64,000 nt of DNA from Setoptus koraiensis (Eukaryota; Animalia; Arthropoda): NCBI GenBank assembly GCA_048013815.1, contig CM106586.1, positions 12,896,001 through 12,960,000 of the forward strand, given 5' to 3'. Numbering within the stretch: the stretch's first letter is position 1; the number at the start of each line of letters is the position of its first letter. The notes beneath the pieces are model-generated. The model saw only the letters and a program-made list of their open reading frames with translations, made no database searches and was not told the origin of the DNA. Position numbers and translations under genes: made by a program. Below are positions 48,527 through 57,461 of the stretch, one piece after another.

Positions 48527-48710
48527 GAGCATATCCGGGCACACATCTGAGCATATCTGGGTACATCTGAGCATATCTGGGTACACATCTGAGCATATCT
48601 GGGTACATCTGAGCATGTCTGGGTACACATCTGAGTATATCTAGGTGCATTTGAGTATATCTGGGTACACATCCGAGTATATCTGGGTATATCTGGGCAT
48701 ATCTGAGCAT
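48527..48710. repeat. Higher-order minisatellite: alternating 22/20-bp monomers forming a 42-bp unit x4
   Basis: Monomers start at 48527 (22), 48549 (20), 48569 (22), 48591 (20), 48611 (22), 48633 (20), 48653 (22) and 48675 (20). Confidence 0.9.
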
Positions 48711-49976
48711 GTGTGATAGGAGAGCATATCGCCTAATCGCTTGTTTGATAATAGTTGATTTGTTGTTGCAGATAATATTTATATATGAGAGATATAAATA
48801 GCTCACACAATTACGCAACACGCGCTCTTACATCATGTTTCATGTTTCTCGCGCTGTCTCTGTGAGGCCAGAGACAAACTGACTAGCTAAACTTTAGCTG
48901 CTAAAGTGTGTGTGTGTGTGTGTGTGTGCGTTGTTTATGACTGGCCCCACACGAGCTGGCAAGCGAGCAACGCCAGCCAAACAAACAGACAAACAATAAC
49001 AATGTGGGCCCCAAATGTATGTAGAGAGCAATTGAGCAGAGGGCGCTAGTTGCCAATAGTCAACTAGCAATCTAGTTTGTTTGTTACTGTCTGCATTACG
49101 GAGTGTGTAAGCCGATGTGCGATGAAAAAGAACCAATTGATTGTGTGATAGGCGCTTATTACACAATCGTACACGATGATAGAAATATAAATCAGATGGG
49201 CTGATTCAGATAAGAATAATGAAGAATTGTGCACAATGCAGGCCAACAGCACGCAATGCCAAGCCGCCCACAACGGCCCCAGCTCGCACTGGCTACATCG
49301 CCACGCCGAATGGGATATTGCATAGGATATTGCATTGGATTCGTGCATCGCCGAGCACCATCGCTGCACACAAACTAGCACACAATGCAATATCCGTTAT
49401 CATCAGTGATCGCCCACAAAATAGCCAGAGATTTTACACCACAAAGGGGCGCGTCAGGCACACACGAAACGGAACGAAGCGGCCAGTTGTATCCTCTGGT
49501 GTGGGGGCCCGCGCCCACAGACTAAATCCGCCAAATCCGCCACACTGACAGCTCTCCCGCGGTGAGGCCCAGCCTGGCCGCTTCGCTGGCGAGCCCGTCG
49601 CCCTTTCTGTGCCTCATGGCTAGGCCAGCGTTGCCGCTTACAAAGCTAGCCGCTAGCCTTGCTAGCTAGTGTGTACAAGTCGGCGCGCCTCAGTTCCGTT
49701 ACAAGCCTCACATAGCTAGCGAGCCGGCGAGCGTGCGTACGTGCACACTCCCTAACAACTGCCATTGCGTCATTGTTTTCCCCTGCCACGAGCTAGCTCG
49801 TACTCACAACAAATCCAAAGCGCTCTGTCGGCGGCAAGCTGGTCAGCTGATCGAACGTGGGCCCCCAGACAGTAGCAGTGACAACTGTGATGCAATGTAA
49901 CTGCACTGACAATTGTGAACAATGTATCATAATCCAAGTTACACTGTGTATATTAGCGATATTTGATGACAATTCT

Positions 49977-50515
49977 CAGTGGGGCAGGCCGAATCAGACG
50001 CGACTCGCGAACCGGATCGTTGCCGTGCATGGTCAAACGGCCAAAGTTTTCCAGTGAGTCACACTGACCATTTCGAGACTCATTCGTGGTCGCAGAAAAA
50101 TCGAAATTCAACCCCGTTTCTTCACAATCACGGATTTTCACCAAATGTTCGCACGAACACTGAAAAGCGGGCAGTTTTCATCGAAAAAAGTAGTTCGAGT
50201 TTTCATCGAAAAAAGTAGTTCGAGTTTTCATCGAAAAAAGTAGTTCGAGTTTTCATCGAAAAAAGTAGTTCGAGTTTTCGCCATAGAAAGAGGCCCCGTC
50301 GGAGTGTCTCACAGGGTCGGTTGCCAGGCACTTGTGATAATTGTCAACTTCTGTCAGTTTAAGGACTGGCAGTAGCGCCGATATTTTGCAAGTGCTGCAA
50401 CGAACACAAGATTGTAAGATCGCTGGATTGCCAGCAAAAAAAAAGAGAAGAAACCGTCGGTCAGAAAACGCAATCAAAACATCGAGGAAATTCTGGAAGC
50501 ATTCGGTGCCCACTG
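49977..50515. mobile_element. Possible decayed MITE-like element with imperfect inverted ends
   Basis: Left end CAGTGGGGCAGGCCGAAT versus the reverse complement of the right end CAGTGGGCACCGAAT; distinct TCG/A-run composition; it contains a 25-bp array. No TSD found. Confidence 0.25.
50175..50280. repeat. 25-bp perfect tandem repeat TTTTCATCGAAAAAAGTAGTTCGAG x4
   Basis: Identical units at 50175, 50200, 50225 and 50250. Confidence 0.95.
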
Positions 50516-50699
50516 GACGTGGCGCTTCAAGAGTATTGAGATCCTTGAAAAAGCGAAAAAATCGAAAAACTGCCATATTTTCTCTCGTGAGGTTAGATTT
50601 TGGTAGAATTTTAAATGACCGATTTGCGCTATCCTAATCGTCAGTCAATGAACATACGCAAGAAGAATGTGTTTGTATCAATTTTTGAGCGCCTCGTTG

Positions 50700-51237
50700 G
50701 CACTTCGACGCTGCTTATTTCATTCATTTTGGCCCCTTGCACCAACTTGTGCCAACATTTAGCAAAAAAATATCCGATGTTTTTATTGCAAGATCCATAT
50801 GTCGTTGTTTTGGCACAACAGGGTTACTTGACACATTTTCATCACTGGCAATACCCAAGACAAGTTAAATTAACGGCTGAAAAATTTCTTTTTTGACTTC
50901 TCTTAAATCCGTTCTGTCTCTAGCGATAATGGTCACATGCAGGCCCAATTCGACATATTTGATGGCCACACTTTTACCTGTTGCGTGCGTATTACGCTAC
51001 ATTGATTAGATACATAATGATCGGATGAGTTGATGAAGAAAAGAATGGCAAATGTTGGCAGTTAGTAAACAACTCACCTAATCCTTTCGAGCCGCCCGAA
51101 ATGACAACATGCGAGCCAGTCTGGTAGCGATGTTGAATGGGGCCGTTGAAAAATTTGTGCTTGAGATATCTGGCAACGAGTATCAAGGTGGCGCCTGTCA
51201 GAGCTGCGACGCTAACCGTTACAGTGACGCTTGTCAT
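50700..51237 (-). pseudogene. KDSR: KDSR duplicate pseudogene (intron retained, two large internal deletions)
   Basis: Exon 1 and the intron are nearly collinear with 39650-39907. Exon 2 lacks about 39314-39554 and about 38796-39233 of the parent; the second deletion removes the catalytic YxxxK. Confidence 0.9.
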
Positions 51238-53828
51238 GATAACACGTTGGATGATTGGACAGCAAGGCTGTCAGTGATCAATTAATTCGTGATACATCGT
51301 GCATCATATCCAAGATATAATATATATCTATATGTTTAATATATGAGACCCGATCTTACTGTCCGTGCAATATTTTCGCTGAATTGATTGCAGTTTTGGA
51401 CACTTCAAACTTTGAAGTTCAAAGTTTGCTGTTCAAACTTCACCCTCGTGCCATCACTGGTCACATCGAAGTATCAGCCGCGGCCATTGTTGCATGTCTT
51501 TTTGTTTCGCCATCATCTCACAGAGGTCGCCAGAGATTTAAAAAACTCCATTAGTCGTGCATAATTCATCACGGAATTGCGGCATTGAAAGTTCGAAGAA
51601 GCCATTTGAAACAACTCACTCAAAATGCGAATTATCTTGGAGACTTTTGTTTTAGCGGGAGCGCTCGTCAAACCGTCAGCTATTGTGAGGCGCTTAAATG
51701 GGCGCGACAGTGGCGCCCACAAACGCCTCGCCTCAGGGCCAAAAATGAGGCCCCGACTGCGATGCCGGCTAACAACGCACGACGGCATTGTGTGTTGGCA
51801 TTTAATTATTCATTTGCACTGCAACTGCTCGCGTATTTTGTTTTCACGGTCGCCGCTGTGTGTCCCATTGTGTGATTGTGGGGAGCCAAATGACATTGCA
51901 CCAATGAGAAGAAGCCTTGCACTGGCAGCTCAATTGACCCCGGCCACTGGCCCGCGCAACAAAAGAGAAACAGCCCGGCCTCGAGTTTGCCATTGTTGGC
52001 AATTTCGCATTTGGTCGTATAAATGAAACTGAGGCCCCGACGAGGCAGCGACCGGAGACCGTTAGCAGTGTTGCCGGGCTAGCCGACAAGCATCCATTAG
52101 GCGCCCATAATGATCGCAACGGTATTCTAGGCAGGCGGGCTGGTAATTCATTTCGTTGTCGCAATATTTCGTTGTTGTTTTGTTGCGTTCCTTTTAGGCC
52201 AGTGCTTGCTCATTGTTGGCCCTCTGGATGGAGTCACTCTATGGGAGTTAGGCGGCACTAGTGCGTTGCACTCGAAGAAGCAAGGGGCCCCTTGCATCGC
52301 CACCAAGATAGGCCCCCCTTTTGTGGCCTGGCCAAACTGGGTGCGCCGCTTGCGATGCGAGCCTCCTGGCGCACAGTGGGGCCTGGCCGCTTCGCTGGCT
52401 AGCAGAAGCTGGCGAGAGCGCGCGCGACACACAACAGCGGTAGGCATGAGCAGCTCGGGCCTCCCACGTTGGGGCCTCATAGCGGGCCTCAGTGCGGGCC
52501 CCAATGTGGGAGTGCGCGCCTCAGTTCCGTTTTGGGGCACACACACACACACGCACGTTATTACGTAACAACACACACATTGTGCTGAGTGTGCGTACTA
52601 ACAACTGCGTGAGAGATCTTGTCGCCGCTAGCGCGAGCTCGCCAGAAAACAGAATCTTTGCATTGCAGCAGGCGCGCAGTTTTTGGGGCCCCGTTCTTCG
52701 TGGCTGTGGCAGATACACACACTCAGCGAGCAATAATAATACTTCCAGAAACGGCAACAAAAAACGGCCAGGCTTGCCCATTGTCTTGTTGTTGTTGTTG
52801 TTGGCACTTATTAGCTAGCACTGTTATTATATGTTGTTGGCGTTATACGTTGTTGTTGGCGTTGTTGCACGGTCGGCCAGCAGCATTAACACTTGAATAT
52901 TTGTGACACACACCGCGTTATATTCGAGCCCCAGCTAGTCAGCTGCACGCTATTCAAGCCCCAATTTACCAGGCTGCCGATTCGCGGGGCCCCATCACCA
53001 AGAAGCAACCTCAAGCAGCGACAAGCAGCCACCTCAAGAGCGCCCCTTGCTATCTGTGTGCTCTGTATATCCTCCGCACATCGTTTATCGTATATCCTCT
53101 GTATATCCTGCGTATATCTTGCGTATATCTGGGTCCGGCAAATACCCAGGCTAGCTGCTTGCAACCACTATTTACGTTTGCGTTCACACTCGCGGGGCCC
53201 CTCATCAGCGATCAATCACCTGACCAATTGTGACCGATCACCAGTGACACAAACTCGTCGTCTCTAACACCCAACGCGCCTATTGTAACGTAATAATTTG
53301 TTATTTTTGTTTGTTTATTTTATGTCTATGCCCAGTGACAATAGTTGACACATCTAGCCAACATCACCAATTGCAAGCGACATTGTATGCCGTAACCATC
53401 GCATCAACTGGACCCGCTGGTGTGTCCGTCAATTAATTATTCATTGGTCGTGACGCCGAGTCGCAACCTCACCTCACTCATCAATCAATCAGTCGCCTAG
53501 CTGAATTTTGTTATATTTGAATTTGTTATACACACACACACAGCCAGCCTCATGTTGTCGGCCTCAATATGCGAGCGCGCGATCGGGCCAATGATCAATT
53601 GAAGCTAATTAGTTATTGATTAATTTATTTAAATTAGGTATTAGTGTTACACGTATACAACAAATTATATATTAAAACAAAATTTACACTGCAAGCAAAC
53701 AAGCTAATAAGCAAGCAAGCAAACAAACGAGCAAGCAAGCGTTGAATTTTTTCAATTCTCAATCTCAATTCTACAACAACAACAACAACAACAACAACAA
53801 CAGCAACCAATACACCAAACAAGACACA

Positions 53829-54473
53829 ATGGCCAGCAACGCAAACAATGCAAATTCGGCCCAAGAGGAGCCCAGGACGGAATTGGAACAATTGCAATTC
53901 AAGGCAGAAAAGACGACAGATGAATCGTTGGAGGCCACGCGAAGAATGCTGGCACTTTGTGATGAAAGTAAAGAGGCCGGCATACGAACATTAGTGGGTC
54001 TAGATGAACAGGGCGAACAGATGGATAAAATAGAAGAGGATATGGACAAAATAAATGTTGATATGCGCGAGGCAGAGAAAAATCTTACCGGCATGGAGAA
54101 ATGTTGTGGCATTTGTGTGTGTCCGTGCGGAAAATCTAAAGAATTTAAAGAGGACGCAGGAACGTGGAAGGCCAGCGAAGACGGAAAAGTTATTAGTGGT
54201 CAGCCAACGCGTGTTGTTGATGATCGTAACGGTGCTGGTCCAATGTCGACATCTTACATAGCTAAAATAACTAAAGACGCGAGAGAAGACGAGATGGAAG
54301 ATAATATGGTTCAAGTTAGTACAATGATTGGTAATCTTAGAAATATGGCTATAGATATGGGTAGTGAGATCACTAATCAAAATTCACAATTGGATAGAAT
54401 AAACCAGAAAGCCACATCAAACGAATCTCGCATAAGTGCTGCCAACCAACGAGCTACTAAATTGTTACACTGA
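53829..54473 (+). CDS. SNAP25: SNAP-25 (Qbc SNARE), intronless CDS
   Basis: PRTELEQLQ..TTDESLEATRRMLALCDESKEAGIRTLVGLDEQGEQMDKIEE, Cys cluster CCGICVCPC, DAREDEMEDN..IGNLRNMAIDMGSEI..NSQLDRINQKATSNESRISAANQRATKLL. ATG at 53829. Confidence 0.97.
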   Translation: MASNANNANSAQEEPRTELEQLQFKAEKTTDESLEATRRMLALCDESKEAGIRTLVGLDEQGEQMDKIEEDMDKINVDMREAEKNLTGMEKCCGICVCPCGKSKEFKEDAGTWKASEDGKVISGQPTRVVDDRNGAGPMSTSYIAKITKDAREDEMEDNMVQVSTMIGNLRNMAIDMGSEITNQNSQLDRINQKATSNESRISAANQRATKLLH

Positions 54474-54635
54474 TAAATAAATGACAATTATTGTTACTAC
54501 TTATTATTATCATTTGAATAAATATTCAACGCTTTGTTTTCGATTTGTATCCATTGCATTGATAGTACTTTCATACTGCTCATTATATCGCGTCCATTGC
54601 TTGTTGCAAACGTGCCAAGTTTATTTATTTACACA

Positions 54636-55608
54636 ATGAGTCTATTTCCTGGATTGAGGCGCAGCGCCGACACGGATATTACCATTAGATTATACATTTA
54701 TCAGAGGACTGTTTGTCGCGTCAGATGGCCCAAATAACAACAGAAGATGGCTTTTCAGTAATAACAATCAGTATTAATAAGTTATCACCTATTCTATGAT
54801 GGAGAAACGGTAGCTGGAAGGGTCAATATAACTCTTAAAGCTCCCAAATATAAACTCGAACATCAAGGTATTAAAATAGAATTTATTGGTGAAATAGAAC
54901 TCTATCAGGACCGTGGCAATCACCATGAATTCACATCACTGGTCAAAGATCTAGATAGACCGGGTGAATTAATGCAAAATATGTCGTATCCATTTGAATT
55001 TGCCAATGTGGAAAAACCGTATGAGTCTTACACTGGCACCAATGTTCGCCTAAGATATTTTCTTCGCGTCACAATTACACGACGCCTAAGTGATATCGTG
55101 AAAGAGATGGATATAATTGTTCATACATTATATTCCTACCCCGAAGTTGACTCTTCTATCAAGATGGAAGTTGGCATTGAGGATTGCCTGCACATTGAGT
55201 TTGAATACAACAAATCCAAGTAAGTATAAAAATGTAAAGAAATTATCTCTTGTATTGCATGAAGCCGATGCGTCGATTCTTGAAGCCATACTGATCCGGG
55301 CCCCTAATCTCCATTTTCTCTCTATTCAATAAAATGCACCCTTCTCATATCAAATAACAGATATCATCTAAGAGATGTCATTCTTGGAAAAATATATTTT
55401 CTATTAGTTAGGATCAAGATAAAAAATATGGAAATAGCCATAATAAAAAGAGAGTCCACTGGTAATGGACAGAATACCTTCAACGAGAGTGAAATTATTG
55501 CCAAGCATGAAATCATGGATGGAGCGCCGGCCAGTGGTTCCAGTCGACGAGGATGAAAGTAGATACTTTAAGCAACAAGCTATTATTCTCCGACGCAAAA
55601 AATACTGA
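54636..55608 (+). pseudogene. VPS26: VPS26 (retromer subunit) pseudogene with retained intron, frameshifts and an internal deletion
   Basis: The pieces MSLF..., RQMAQITTEDG and YHLFYDGETVAGRVNI..LEHQGIKIEFIG..KMEVGIEDCLHIEFEYNKSK|YHLRDVILGKIYFLLVRIKIK..EIMDGAP lie in shifting frames. Near 55533 the sequence jumps to VDEDESRYFKQQ, omitting the expected GESIPIRLFL..KFSVRYYLNL block. Confidence 0.85.
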
Positions 55609-55836
55609 ACGGAATGTCGGGTTGAAATAATTGCCTGCCTGGCGACAGATATCTTAATTTTGAGATGGCGCGAGAAACTGATCATTTTGATCATTTGCAA
55701 CTCCGAGTTCTCAACTCGTTTCAAATCAATTGTATCGCTCTATTCATGCTAATTGTTCCATTAAATCAACAGTAATAATAAGAAGACCATAGCTGTTAGA
55801 ATGGCATTGTCGTTGCAACTGCTGACTAACTGTCGA

Positions 55837-55952
55837 GAATCTCGCCTAGCTTAGGCACTTAGACGGCCTAAGTGCTGTCAATCAACCAGCTACTAAATAA
55901 ATGACAATTATTGTTGCGATTGCTATCATTTGAACAAACATTCAACGCCTTG
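55837..55952 (+). pseudogene. Degenerate duplicate of the SNAP-25 3' CDS end and 3' flank
   Basis: Matches 54423-54540 (GAATCTCGC..TAAGTGCTG..AGCTACTAAA..TAAATGACAATTATTGTT..TATCATTTGAA..ATTCAACGC) with a 22-bp insertion and a 16-bp deletion. Confidence 0.85.
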
Positions 55953-57461
55953 TGCGACATTATTCGTCTACAATACATAGTAATGCAATTGCATGATTTC
56001 CGCGACAACAGTTTCATTTTGAGCATTGCAGATCCGCCAATCTGGCTGTGAAAATTTGATGGTCAGTGAAGGCTTTCGACTGCCTGTTGATGAGATGTTT
56101 CTATTAGTGGCTACCAGCAGCACATAAGGCAAGGTAAGCGAGACTTTGTGTGTGTGTGTGTGCCATTTGAATGATGATGTATAATATCGTTAATAATCAT
56201 ATATTCATCTTAAAAAAGCAACGAGAGAAAAAACGAGTCTTGCCAAGAGCACGCCCACGAGCATTATCGGCTGGAAAGAGTAAAACAGTTACAAAGTGAG
56301 TTGGCAGCAAATGCAAAACTGTAACGTTGTCGTCCTTGAAACATTAGCAAATGTGTGAGTCTTGGCGATACCTGTAATTATTGTAAATTGTGTGTGCGAT
56401 AGGTGGCTTTATTTGATAGTGACAGAGAGTGAGAGAAAACGAGAGAGAGCGAGAACGCGCGATAGGAAGACGCGACAGATTGTAGAAGCAAGCAAGTTAC
56501 GTAATAATAGCACAATTTGATGATACGCGCGCGCGTTCGTTGTCAGTGAGTGAAGTTTGTGCCAATATTGTCAGCTAACAAGCAGCACCGTTCAACCGTT
56601 AAACAGTGACAGTCAACGCAATAAACAACAATCAACATGATTGCCGTTAATTATTTTGATGCAACAACAGCAGTTAATTATTAATTATTAGCGCAGATTC
56701 CAATTACAAACGCACACACACACACACACACACAATTATTACGTTACACCGCTACAGCAACGGATATACACGTAACACGGTGAATAAGCACTTATTATAC
56801 ATTGTAGCAAGACACATCGAAACAAGCGATCAATTTGTTTATGCGATTTATGCGGATGCCAGTTGCATAATACAACAACAACAGCAACAACAACAACAGA
56901 TCAGCATCAAGCCCCAAGTTCTCGGTATTGGCAACATCCGGCCGGCAACTAGACGCTGTCGTATCTGGCAGACAGTGAATTTCGCACAACTATCGTTTGC
57001 CTAGTTTGTCCGGTTGTTTGGCTCGTTTATTTAGTTTATTTGGGCATTGGACGAACGAGCAGCAACATTCACAAACAATAACGACAAAAATATTCAAGCA
57101 ATCGTCTCGAGCAAGACACACTCAACGAGCTACAAACAAAGACAGAATATAGATAGTTGCCGTTGGCCAATTACCTGTGTTTGTGTTCACTAGTCAGACA
57201 AACGAGCGCTGCTTTGTACAACTCACCTGTCTCACATTGTCAGGCGAAATTGTCTATTTTCAGCGGTGCACACACTAGACGACGATCGCCAGTTACAAGG
57301 CAGCGCCAAAGAGTTTTTGCAAAAAGCAACCGCAACAGTGACTGAACAACAAGATCTCGTTGAAATATCTTCGTCTCATCGAAACGAACACACAATCGAT
57401 CAAATCAAATCGATTTCAAAACAAACTCATTCGAGCCACGTGAATCGTTGATGAGGCCAAA

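Noticed and set aside
50175-50280. CRISPR-like array
   Set aside because: Head-to-tail repeats with no spacers, in a eukaryotic context.
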